Below are positions 52,527-63,680 of a stretch of 64,000 nucleotides of DNA, piece by piece. Position 1 is the stretch's first letter, and the number at the start of each line of letters is the position of its first letter. The stretch lies in the NCBI GenBank assembly GCA_000004985.1, contig GG738916.1; one strand, written 5' to 3'. The notes under the pieces were generated by a model. That model did not search any database. It had not been told where the DNA came from and worked only from the letters and a program-made list of their open reading frames with translations. This stretch comes from Naegleria gruberi (lineage: Eukaryota). The translations under genes were made by a program, and so were the position numbers.

Positions 52527-54365
52527 TTAAATAAATTCATCAATTCGTATATCTGTATATGCAATCAAATAGTTGATTTTTGTTGGTTGTCTTAATTGTG
52601 ATATGACTTTTGCTTTAAGGGCTGCAAAACCTCCAATTCCAGTCAGATATTTAGGTGCCAGATTATTGACTATAGGTACTAAAATAGGTGTAATTGTTAA
52701 ATCTACCCAATAAAGTTCTAAATGTATCAAATTTTTCAGAGATGGTCCAGAATGTAACATATCAGTTGCATAAATATCAAATTCATAATAAAAACTCAAG
52801 TATCTTAATTTGGGAAAATTTGAATGAGCTAAACTTGATGTAAACTTTGAGTCATATTTGAACTTGCCTGAAGGAACTCTTGTAAACTTTAAAGTTTGTA
52901 AATTTAGTAAATTTCCGTTGCATAAATATGAAATTCCATCAAATGTAATTTCACTTCCTAAATATAATGTTGTCAAGTTACTCATTCTTGATAAATATTT
53001 CATTTCTTCACTATCAATATGTGTTTGAATAATTCGTAAATCAGTAATTTTTGAAAGTTGGGATATGTGATGCATACATCCACTTTTCATTACTACTTTT
53101 CTTAACTCTAAATAGGTTAGATTTTGGACTTTTTCACAGAATTTTCGTATTACATATTCATCTATTTCAGTTCCTTGTTTTGTATTTAGAATGCATAAAT
53201 ATTTCAAATTAAGAAAGTTACCCTCACTCAATTCAGAGAATGTATTATTGTCAACAGGACCAATTTCTAGGTGAGTGAGATTATTTTGAAGAGGTAATAA
53301 ACATCTGTAAGGTAAATCTACTTCCAATTTTGATTGAAAACAAAGTTTTTGGAGTGTATGAATTTTTCCAATTTGTTTCACACATTCACTATTTAAATGT
53401 GAGTGAAGAAAAGTCAATTCTCTCCATGAATTACCACTATTCAACACATTCATAATTGATTTTGTCGACATCTCCAAATCTATTGAAAAAGATTCAAGAT
53501 TTGGTAAAATTGAACTATTAATTGGTGCTATGTATGAAATATTGTCTTTTTGAGATGATTCTGGAGGTCTTGCAACAAAGTTAATATGTTTCAAAGTTCT
53601 AATATTTCCTGGTTGAGTCAATATTTGATTAACACCTTCATCTCCAATTCGATTACGAAGTGTAAGATGTGTTAGACGAGTCAACTTTGATTTGGTCAAT
53701 ACAAGTGTTGCCTTATAATCAAGTCCATTATCAATTAATGTTAGATCTGTTAAATTTAGTAAATTAGTGCATATAGTTCTTAAATTTTCAACTTCCATTT
53801 GAACACTTATTAATTTCAGTGTTGTAATTGGTGAAATATCTTTAGCAGGAATAACAATTGTAATAATATTAGTATTTTGTAATGTCAATAATTCCAGTTT
53901 TTTTGAATTGAATAACTTTTTAAAAAAAGATCTGTTAAGAAAAATAGTTTCCTCAAATTCTGGAAAAGTTCTTATTTCCATTTGTGAGAATATTTGCAAG
54001 AGGTCACCTTTCATCAATCCACTCATTTCCTCCTCATCATTTAATGATTCAAATCTGTATCTTGCTGATTTATGCTTCACATTTACACACTTGATTTCTC
54101 TAGTATCACTTTCTTTTACAATTCTTCTCCACTCGGAACAAACTCCAGCAAAAGCAATCAAAGTATGCCAATTAAAATAGGGAATAATAACATTGCAAAA
54201 TATATCTTGACTCAATTGTAATATTTTGGAATAAATCATCATGTTAATACTATTATCTGTTGTTGTTGTGCTATTACTATCGGTTGTTGTGTTATTATTG
54301 ATGGATTGATAGTGGGTACTTTCTCTAGAAAAACAACAGAATGATGGACAACAAGTTGTCAACAT
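52527..54365 (-). CDS. F-box/LRR-repeat protein, inverted near-identical paralog of 34735..36459, with a longer N-terminal extension.
   Basis: 612-aa ORF with ATG at 54365. About 98% identical to copy 1 across the F-box and all LRRs. The N-terminal 40-aa extension (MLTTCCPSFCCFSRESTHYQSINNNTTTDSNSTTTTDNSIN) is degraded by indels in copy 1. Confidence 0.75.
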   Translation of the reverse strand: MLTTCCPSFCCFSRESTHYQSINNNTTTDSNSTTTTDNSINMMIYSKILQLSQDIFCNVIIPYFNWHTLIAFAGVCSEWRRIVKESDTREIKCVNVKHKSARYRFESLNDEEEMSGLMKGDLLQIFSQMEIRTFPEFEETIFLNRSFFKKLFNSKKLELLTLQNTNIITIVIPAKDISPITTLKLISVQMEVENLRTICTNLLNLTDLTLIDNGLDYKATLVLTKSKLTRLTHLTLRNRIGDEGVNQILTQPGNIRTLKHINFVARPPESSQKDNISYIAPINSSILPNLESFSIDLEMSTKSIMNVLNSGNSWRELTFLHSHLNSECVKQIGKIHTLQKLCFQSKLEVDLPYRCLLPLQNNLTHLEIGPVDNNTFSELSEGNFLNLKYLCILNTKQGTEIDEYVIRKFCEKVQNLTYLELRKVVMKSGCMHHISQLSKITDLRIIQTHIDSEEMKYLSRMSNLTTLYLGSEITFDGISYLCNGNLLNLQTLKFTRVPSGKFKYDSKFTSSLAHSNFPKLRYLSFYYEFDIYATDMLHSGPSLKNLIHLELYWVDLTITPILVPIVNNLAPKYLTGIGGFAALKAKVISQLRQPTKINYLIAYTDIRIDEFI

Positions 54366-54507
54366 GCTCTCTTATTTTTTTTTGAACCTTAACTCCATTT
54401 TCCCCATTTTTCTTTTGATTCGGCAAAATACACAAAAACGTACAAAAATGTAAAAAATATTACAACGATGACTTTTGAAAGAGTTTACCAAAACCGACTG
54501 TTAAAAA

Positions 54508-55790
54508 ATGAAGAGAGCTCGAGATGAAATGAGAAGCGCAAACAACATTGTCCTGTTATTATTCTTGTTGATGATGATGACAATCTTTTCCACAACAACA
54601 ACAGCAGCAACTACAAGTTCCACCACTAAATTATCATATATTTCAACAATTGCAGGAAGTGGATTAATATCAGCAGCAGGTATGGAAGGAGATGGTGGTT
54701 TGGCTATCAATGCCCAATTAAATTCTCCCTCCTATTCAATAAGTATTTCCCCTCTCAGCAATAATAATTACACTGAAACACTTATTGTCGATACACAAAA
54801 TGGAAGAATTAGAAAAATATTTATGAATGGTACAATTTTCACATTACCAATTAATATGCAAACAGGTAACAAGTTTAAACCAACCATGGCTGTTTTATTT
54901 AGAAATGAATTATACATGACAGATGTGTTAAATCATAGAATTCTTTCTGTTTGCCTTTCACGTTATTTGGTGACCATTGTTTCTGGAAAGCAAAACTGTA
55001 ATGAACATTCTGATTGTGATGGTTTTAGTGGTGATGGTGGTTTAGCTAGTAGAGCAAAATTAAATTCACCTAATGGTCTCTCTATTTCTCAGAATGGTGA
55101 AATTTACATTGCTGACACATTGAACCATAGAATCAGAAAGATTAATAGTTATGGAGTGATTTCAACTATTGCTGGAACTGGTAGAGCATCCTTTGGTGGT
55201 GATGGTGGATTTGCTGTTCTTTCACAATTAAACTCTCCAAATGGTGTTCATATTTCACAGAATGGTGAAATTTACATTGCTGATACATTGAACCATAGAA
55301 TTAGAAAGATTAATAGTTATGGTGTGATTTCAACAGTGGCAGGAACTGGTAGAGCATCATTTGGTGGTGATGGTGGTTTGGCTATAAACTCTCAATTGAA
55401 TTCACCATATGGCGTCCATGTTTCACAGAATGGTGAAATTTACATTGCTGACACATTGAATCATCGAATTAGAAAGATATTTGTGAATGGAACTATTACA
55501 ACCATTGCTGGAAGTAGTAGCGATGGATCATTTGGTGGTGATGGTGGTTTGTCAATTGCGAGTCGACTTAATTCTCCTAAAGGTGTTTTTGTTTCTCCAA
55601 ATAATAATGAAATATTAATTGCAGACACATCAAATAACAGGATTAGAAAGATCATTGAATGTGGTACAACTCTTCAATTTACACAAGATTTCAATGGAGC
55701 TATGAGTTGTGTGAATACATGCAATGGAACACGATCCAATTCAAAATCAGTTTGTAATGGCAATGGTATCTGTAATGGTTTTAATGAATG
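54508..55790 (+). CDS. Secreted NHL-repeat beta-propeller protein, 5' part of an NHL/EGF-array gene, truncated by the assembly gap at 55791.
   Basis: Signal peptide MKRARDEMRSANNIVLLLFLLMMMTIFS. Six NHL repeats of the form LNSPNGxxISQNGEIYIADTLNHRIRKI, then the first EGF-like Cys pattern (CVNTCNGTRSNSKSVCNGNGICNGFNEC) before the gap. Nucleotide sequence is about 98% identical to 56163..57363. Confidence 0.65.
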
Positions 55791-55841
55791 TNNNNNNNNN
55801 NNNNNNNNNNNNNNNNNNNNNNNNNNNNNNNNNNNNNNNNN
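55791..55841. other. Assembly gap (51 N) truncating the first NHL/EGF gene copy.
   Basis: Run of n. Confidence 1.
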
Positions 55842-56160
55842 CACCGAATAGTCACTGAATGTTTACCATATAATAACCGAATGGTTACTGAATATTTATT
55901 GAATAGTTACCCACCAATTTCATTCCTTTACCCAACAATCAACCGACTACCAACCAACTAACACTGAACTAAAACGGTCAGGCGATTATGGGCTGATATT
56001 CGATTAATTTCTGGAAAATCGTTCAGTTATTTTCGGAAACAAGTTGGGGGAAATTAGGGTTGTAGTCGGTGGTAGTAGGGTTGTGGATGGGGTTTAGACG
56101 GAACATAGCCAACTAAAAACCAACTATAACACTGTCTATTACCCAAGTACTCCACTCTTA
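55842..56160. repeat. Compositionally atypical GC-richer block with internal direct/inverted sub-repeats, bounded by an assembly gap; possible repetitive-element fragment.
   Basis: Motifs agtcactgaatg / ggttactgaatat / cgttcagttatt recur. caaccgactaccaaccaactaac is partially mirrored by ggttgtagtcggtggtagtagggttgtgg. The block replaces the upstream region seen in front of the first NHL gene copy. Confidence 0.3.
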
Positions 56161-56179
56161 GGAGAGAGCTCGAGATGAA

Positions 56180-59100
56180 ATGAGAAGCGCAAACAACATT
56201 GTCCTGTTATTATTCTTGTTGTTGATGATGACACTCTTTTCCACAACAACAACAATAGGATACTTTTCGTATGTGAAAGCAACAACTGCAAGTTCCACCA
56301 CTAAATTATCATATATTTCAACAATTGCAGGAAGTGGATTAATGGCAGCATCAGGTATGGAAGGAGATGGTGGTTTGGCTATCAATGCCCAATTAAATGC
56401 TCCCTCCTATTCAATAAGTATTTCCCCTCTCAACAATAATAATTACACTGAAACACTTATTATAGATACACAAAATGGAAGAATTAGAAAAATATTTATG
56501 AATGGTACAATTTTCACATTACCAATTAATATGCAAACAGGTAACAAGTTTAAACCAACCGTGGCTGTTTTATTTAGAAATGAATTATACATGACAGATG
56601 TGTTAAATCATAGAATTCTTTCTGTTTCTCTGTCAAGTTATTTGGTGACCATTGTTTCTGGAAAGCAAAACTGTAATGGACATTCTGATTGTGATGGTTT
56701 TAGTGGTGATGGTGGTTTAGCTAGTAGAGCAAAATTAAATTCACCAAATGGTCTCTCTATTTCTCAGAATGGTGAAATTTACATTGCTGACACATTGAAC
56801 CATAGAATCAGAAAGATTAATAGTTATGGAGTGATTTCAACTATTGCTGGAACTGGTAGAGCATCCTTTGGTGGTGATGGTGGATTTGCTGTTCTTTCAC
56901 AATTAAACTCTCCAAATGGTGTTCATATTTCACAGAATGGTGAAATTTACATTGCTGATACATTGAACCATAGAATTAGAAAGATTAATAGTTATGGTGT
57001 GATTTCAACAGTGGCAGGAACTGGTAGAGCATCCTTTGGTGGTGATGGTGGTTTGGCTATAAACTCTCAATTGAATTCACCATATGGCGTCCATGTTTCA
57101 CAGAATGGTGAAATTTACATTGCTGACACATTGAATCATCGAATTAGAAAGATATTTGTGAATGGAACTATTACAACCATTGCTGGAAGTAGTAGCGATG
57201 GATCATTTGGTGGTGATGGTGGTTTGTCAATTGCGAGTCGACTTAATTCTCCTAAAGGTGTTTTTGTTTCTCCAAATAATAATGAAATATTAATTGCAGA
57301 CACATCAAATAACAGGATTAGAAAGATCATTGAATGTGGTACAACTCTTCAATTACACAAGATNNNNNNNNNNNNNNNNNNNNNNNNNNNNNNNNNNNNN
57401 NNNNNNNNNNNNNNNNNNNNNNNNNNNNNNNNNNNNNNNNNNNNNNNNNNNNNNNNNNNNNNNNNNNNNNNNNNNNNNNNNNNNNNNNNNNNNNNNNNNN
57501 NNNNNNNNNNNNNNNNNNNNNNNNNNNNNNNNNNNNNNNNNNNNNNNNNNNNNNNNNNNNNNNNNNNNNNNNNNNNNNNNNNNNNNNNNNNNNNNNNNNN
57601 NNNNNNNNNNNNNNNNNNNNNNNNNNNNNNNNNNNNNNNNNNNNNNNNNNNNNNNNNNNNNNNNNNNNNNNNNNNNNNNNNNNNNNNNNNNNNNNNNNNN
57701 NNNNNNNNNNNNNNNNNNNNNNNNNNNNNNNNNNNNNNNNNNNNNNNNNNNNNNNNNNNNNNNNNNNNNNNNNNNNNNNNNNNNNNNNNNNNNNNNNNNN
57801 NNNNNNNNNNNNNNNNNNNNNNNNNNNNNNNNNNNNNNNNNNNNNNNNNNNNNNNNNNNNNNNNNNNNNNNNNNNNNNNNNNNNNNNNNNNNNNNNNNNN
57901 NNNNNNNNNNNNNNNNNNNNNNNNNNNNNNNNNNNNNNNNNNNNNNNNNNNNNNNNNNNNNNNNNNNNNNNNNNNNNNNNNNNNNNNNNNNNNNNNNNNN
58001 NNNNNNNNNNNNNNNNNNNNNNNNNNNNNNNNNNNNNNNNNNNNNNNNNNNNNNNNNNNNNNNNNNNNNNNNNNNNNNNNNNNNNNNNNNNNNNNNNNNN
58101 NNNNNNNNNNNNNNNNNNNNNNNNNNNNNNNNNNNNNNNNNNNNNNNNNNNNNNNNNNNNNNNNNNNNNNNNNNNNNNNNNNNNNNNNNNNNNNNNNNNN
58201 NNNNNNNNNNNNNNNNNNNNNNNNNNNNNNNNNNNNNNNNNNNNNNNNNNNNNNNNNNNNNNNNNNNNNNNNNNNNNNNNNNNNNNNNNNNNNNNNNNNN
58301 NNNNNNNNNNNNNNNNNNNNNNNNNNNNNNNNNNNNNNNNNNNNNNNNNNNNNNNNNNNNNNNNNNNNNNNNNNNNNNNGCCAATTCTGTGAAATTCCAA
58401 TTTGTAATGGAACAATGGCAACTGATGCTTTGGTTTGTAATGGCAATGGTACATGTATTCAACCAGATATATGTAATTGTACTTCAGAATGGGGTGGACA
58501 GTATTGTGAAATTCCATATTGTAATGGAATATTGGCAAATAATATATCTGCTTGTGAAGGACATGGTAACTGTATTAGCCCAAATATTTGTGAGTGTAAT
58601 TCGACATATGGTGGAGAATTTTGTGAATCTCCAAAATGTAACTTTACACTGGCAACTGATCCTTATGTATGTACTGGAAATGGAGAATGTATTCAACCAG
58701 ATGAATGTATTTGTAATACCAATTGGACTGGTCAATTCTGTCAAACTCCACTTTGTAATGGTACGAGTGCAACTGATGCATTGGTTTGTAATGGAAACGG
58801 TCAATGTGTGAGTCCAAATATTTGTGAATGTAATTCAAGTTGGTCAGGAGAACTTTGTGAAATTCCAATTTGTAATGGAACTTTGGCCATTGATGAATTT
58901 GTGTGTAGTGGTAATGGTGCATGTATTGGTCCAGATGTTTGTGAGTGCAATTCTACATGGGGTGGACAATATTGTGAATCTCCAAAATGTAACTCTACAC
59001 TGGCAACTGATCCTTATGTATGCAATGGTAATGGAGAATGTTTTCAACCCAATGAATGTATTTGTAATTCAAATTGGACAGGTCCATTTTGTGAAATTCC

Positions 59101-61044
59101 AATATGTAATGGTATTAAGGCTACCAATGATAGTAATTCAACTTTAACCACCAATGAAACAGTGGTGTGTAGTGGAAATGGTCTTTGCATTCGTCCAGAC
59201 GAATGTTTATGTAATTCAAATTGGGCAGGTCAATATTGTGAAATTCCAATATGTGGAGATGTTTTGGCAACCAATGAAACAGCATGTAATGGCAATGGTA
59301 AATGTGTTCAACCAAATGAATGCATTTGCGACTCAAATTGGACAGGTCAATTATGTGAAACTCCAATATGTAGTGGTATAATTTCCACTAATATATCTGT
59401 TTGTAGTAGAAAGGGTGATTGTGTTGGTGCCAATCTTTGTATCTGTTTAACTGGTTGGGGAGGTGAAGATTGTTCCACACCAATTTGTAATAATATTCTA
59501 TCTACCAATGCTACTACCAATACTGATAGTAATGGAACTATAGTTAGCAATAATACATTGGTGTGTAGTGGACATGGTGAATGTACTAGTCCAAATCAAT
59601 GCAATTGTAATTTAAATTGGGGTGGTAAACAATGTGAAATACCTAAATGTCAAGGTATTTTGGCTAATAATGAGGCAGTTTGCAACTCTAGAGGATATTG
59701 TGTCAATGAAAATCAATGTCAATGTAATGAAATGTGGGGAGGTCAATTTTGTGAAATTCCATTTTGTAATGGAACTTTAGCCACTGATTCAAATGTGTGT
59801 AATTCATTGGGAGTATGTGTTGGTCCAAATCAATGTAAATGTCTCTCAGGTTGGGGTGGTAAACTATGTACAATACCATCATGTAATGGAATTCTTGCAT
59901 TTGATGAGAATGAAGTGTGTATCGCAAAGAGTAATGCATGTAGTGGAAATGGAAAGTGTATTGATCTTAATCGATGCAAATGTGACAAAGGTTGGACTGG
60001 ACCATTATGTTCAACACCAACATGTAATGGAACATCGGCCACTGAACTAACTGTTTGTAATGGTTTTGGAGTGTGTGTTGCACCAGATACGTGTAATTGT
60101 TATAGANNNNNNNNNNNNNNNNNNNNNNNNNNNNNNNNNNNNNNNNNNNNNNNNNNGCAACACCAACATGTAATGGAATTGTTGCCACAGATCCAAACGT
60201 GTGCAATTCAAGTGGTGTTTGTGTCGATTNTGATAAGTGTGAATGTTTTTCTGGTTATGGAGATGCATTCTGTGGCACTCCAACTTGTAATGGAATTCTA
60301 GCAACTCAAATTAATGTAGAAGTAGCTGTTTGTAGTGGTCGTGGAGTGTGTTTGGGACCAAATAAGTGTGTCTGTGAACCGAATTGGGGTGGTTTCATGT
60401 GTAATATTCCAAAATGCTACGATATTGAAGGAGACAAGAAAGGTGCTTGCTTTGGAAATGGTGATTGTATAGCAGTTGACTCATGTAAATGTTATCAAGG
60501 TTATATTGGTTATGATTGTCGTACTGTTGCTCCTGATAATAATTGTGGTGGATCAGGTTCAGGAACTACTTTTTGGGATGTTGTCTTGGAGGGTATGAAG
60601 ATAATTCGTACAGTGTTATCCGGTGCAGTGTCACTAGCTAGTTCAATTAGTGATGTTATTTCATCCTTAGGAAAAGGTTTGATTGACCTTCTTGGAGGAA
60701 TTGTTCCAAGCATTGCAAATATTTTCAGCTCCATTCCAAAATTAATAGAGAAAATTATTTCCTTTATTATCAGTACGGCAGAGAAGTTTATTAACTTTAT
60801 TCTCGGTTTATGGACAAAGATATTAGATTTTATATCATGGTTATTGACCTATCTTCCAAAAATATTTTCTGGAGTTACAACTCAACAAGTGGCAACAGTT
60901 TTGATTGTCATTGGTGTTGTCATACTTTTAATCATTATTTGTGTATTGTTGTATTTACTTAGTCCATATGTTACATTGGTACTTGAATTTTTCAAAATTA
61001 TTACCAGTTTTTGCTCAGCTCGTAAGAAGGCACTTAAGGAGTAG
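56180..61044 (+). CDS. Giant type-I membrane protein: signal peptide, 6-bladed NHL propeller, about 28 tandem EGF-like repeats, single TM. Interrupted by gaps 57364..58379 and 60107..60156.
   Basis: ORF 56180..60301 continues as ORF 60199..61044 once gap-induced frame offsets are allowed for. EGF units have the form C-E-I-P-x-C-N-G-x-x-A-T-D-x-x-V-C-N-G-N-G-x-C-x-x-P-x-x-C-x-C-N-x-x-W-x-G-x-x, period about 114-120 nt. C-terminal TM is VATVLIVIGVVILLIIICVLLYLL followed by a short tail. Stop at 61042..61044. Confidence 0.7.
57364..58379. other. Assembly gap (1016 N) between the NHL and EGF parts of the giant gene.
   Basis: Run of n. Confidence 1.
58378..60540 (+). repeat. Coding tandem-repeat array (EGF-like module, about 117-nt period, about 18 units visible after the 57364..58379 gap).
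   Basis: Recurrent nucleotide strings tgtgaaattccaatttgtaatgga / tgtaatggaaatgg / aattggacaggtcaattttgtga at regular spacing. Protein-level C-x-I-P-x-C-N-G periodicity. Confidence 0.8.
60107..60156. other. Assembly gap (50 N) inside the EGF array; single N at 60219.
   Basis: Run of n. Confidence 1.
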
Positions 61045-61171
61045 TACAATTATAAACCATTTAGTTGTTGTTTCCAATAATCTCAAAAATATTAGATTTT
61101 TTCCCTTGGTCAACCAAAGTTTTCTTGATTAGTTTCAAAAGAAAAGAGACAATAATAAACAAATTCTCAAT

Positions 61172-63185
61172 TTATTTAGGTACCAACTTTTTCTTTTCAA
61201 TAGAATCGCCAGAACAACAACATCTTGCAACACAACAGCAACAAATTGTCAATGAAATGGTAATCAATACAAATAAAACTGATACACCAACAACAACAGC
61301 AATAACTCTGTTTGTGTTAAGTGAAGAAGTATCAAGGAAATCTATAAAGATGAAAGAATCCAAAAAGTCAACAATAACTTGCTTCACTTTGTAGTAAACA
61401 TATAAAAGTTCACCCCAGAAACTACTTGCTGGTGCTTTGTTATCAACTAATGTACCATTGGATGCAATGTAAAAATCATACTCAACTACGAGTGAGGAAG
61501 TATAGGTACCACAAGTGAGAGTCATCATTGCATAGCCTGTGAAATTTTTGGTTGGATAAATTGTAATTGAGTTTGTATCAGAATTTGACAAGGATACATA
61601 AGTTGGTGTAAATGAAGGTGTAGATGATTCAAAGAAACAACCTTGTTGAGTTTTAGATTTAACTACACAAGATGTTGATAAACAACTGACAAGAGTTGGT
61701 TGTGAATTGTCAGTTGTCAATATTGTCATGTTACCAACAATTTTCAATGAAACTGATGCTAATGAAACACCTTTAAATGAAATTGAAGAAAGAACTGTTG
61801 GATCAGTTGGTTCAACAGTAACTGGAATAAAAGATGCTCCATTACGTGTTTCACCTTTGAAAGAAACACGTTTAAGCATATTATCAGGCCAAGTATATGC
61901 TAATATTTGTGTATCTGCATCTCCTTTGATTAATTGTGGGTTAGAATCACCACCATCAGTATATCTCTCTATATAGATACAATTTGGTTCCTTGAAAAAA
62001 AGTTTGGTAGAAATGACTGGATTGGAGTTGATTGAATTTTCTTTGAAATTATAAATTTTAAAATTTCCAGTTATAGAACCACAAGTAGTTGATAAAGTAA
62101 GACTATTTGAAGTTTCAGTGGATTTCCAGCAAGAATTCCTTCAATATTGCTACCAATAATAATAGGTTCAGTTGAATCTATACCTAAATAACCAAATCCT
62201 AGAATATTTTCAGGCCTACTAATGGCATGTGAAATACATCCTTTGAAGCAATGATGGATGCTTGTAAATTCAAATCTGAATATTCGGCAAATTTGGCCAA
62301 GAAAGAAGCTCTACTTGCAGCATGGGCCTCTAAAATACGTCTAGTAATAGAGGCATTATCAAAAGAAGCTACAGTATAAGCAGGGGAACTTTCACAACCA
62401 GTTGAAAAGTGTACCATTGATTGAATTTCTGAGAGTTCAGGAAGTGTAACATCAAAATTACAACTACCTCTTGGTGATTGACAATTATATTTGATTTCAC
62501 TGTTTTTAATATTGCTGACCTTAATCCAACCAATCTTTGAAATATCAGAAACGTTAAAACCATTTACTACTGAAGAAGGTAGTAAGTAAAAATCTGATTT
62601 AGATGTTAAATCAATAACTGAATAATCTGCAACAAATGGAAGGGTAGTTGAATTTAAATCCATAATGAAATTTAAACCAGTGTAACCAATTGGAATTGAT
62701 GCTTGATTATTTACAACTGAAACTTGAGAAGAACTTCCTTGATATTTAACAGTAATAAAACCGCTATAGGTAGGAGGATCCAATTTACAAACTTTGAAAC
62801 GTCTAAAAGCTTCAAATGCCAAATTATAACAAGAAGTACTATAACCTGGGTCAGTGTTTGGAATACTAAAAGAAACGGTGTTCAAATAGTTATTACCTGT
62901 AAAATCAGGTGGAGAACAAACATTGCTTTTTGAGCAAGCAGAAGTATATCTTGGAATTGGATCATCTGTATAATAACAACTAGAAGATGATAATTTAACA
63001 ATAAAATCCATTCCAAGTGTAATATCAACAATGGAATTGTCATCTGTAATCTTGAAACAAACTTTGTCATTCAATGTTCGGGTATAACCAGTATCAACAG
63101 AATAAATACAACTGGTTGAATTATTGGCACCAAGGCATGACTTTTGTTGACCTTTAGAAAGTGCTATTGGAAGACACTGTTCATA
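61172..63185 (-). CDS. Large extracellular/glycosylated membrane protein with C-terminal TM and poly-Cys tail (possibly IPT/TIG-type adhesion family). Fragmented by a frame break and the 63186..63680 gap.
   Basis: ORFs 62199..63074 and 61172..61879, same strand. Extracellular-type composition (many N-x-S/T sequons, Cys pairs). C-terminus VIAVVVGVSVLFVLITISLTICCCCVARCCCSGDS. The 5' end is lost in the gap. Family assignment is speculative. Confidence 0.4.
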
Positions 63186-63680
63186 NNNNNNNNNNNNNNN
63201 NNNNNNNNNNNNNNNNNNNNNNNNNNNNNNNNNNNNNNNNNNNNNNNNNNNNNNNNNNNNNNNNNNNNNNNNNNNNNNNNNNNNNNNNNNNNNNNNNNNN
63301 NNNNNNNNNNNNNNNNNNNNNNNNNNNNNNNNNNNNNNNNNNNNNNNNNNNNNNNNNNNNNNNNNNNNNNNNNNNNNNNNNNNNNNNNNNNNNNNNNNNN
63401 NNNNNNNNNNNNNNNNNNNNNNNNNNNNNNNNNNNNNNNNNNNNNNNNNNNNNNNNNNNNNNNNNNNNNNNNNNNNNNNNNNNNNNNNNNNNNNNNNNNN
63501 NNNNNNNNNNNNNNNNNNNNNNNNNNNNNNNNNNNNNNNNNNNNNNNNNNNNNNNNNNNNNNNNNNNNNNNNNNNNNNNNNNNNNNNNNNNNNNNNNNNN
63601 NNNNNNNNNNNNNNNNNNNNNNNNNNNNNNNNNNNNNNNNNNNNNNNNNNNNNNNNNNNNNNNNNNNNNNNNNNNNNNNN
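63186..63680. other. Assembly gap (495 N) removing the 5' part of the minus-strand membrane glycoprotein gene.
   Basis: Run of n. Confidence 1.

Noticed and set aside
57294-60304. Numerous overlapping ORFs on both strands within the gap/EGF region (57327..58538-, 57349..58446-, 58484..58804-, 58844..59047-, 59121..59366- and others)
   Set aside because: These are artefacts of translating N-runs as X and of the antisense strand of a Cys-codon-rich repeat. The sense-strand EGF array is the only coherent reading.
58378-60540. Regularly spaced about 117-nt repeats that could superficially suggest a CRISPR-like array
   Set aside because: The repeats are in-frame coding EGF-like modules of one long ORF in a eukaryotic gene. 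There are no short invariant repeats with unique spacers, and the genome is eukaryotic.
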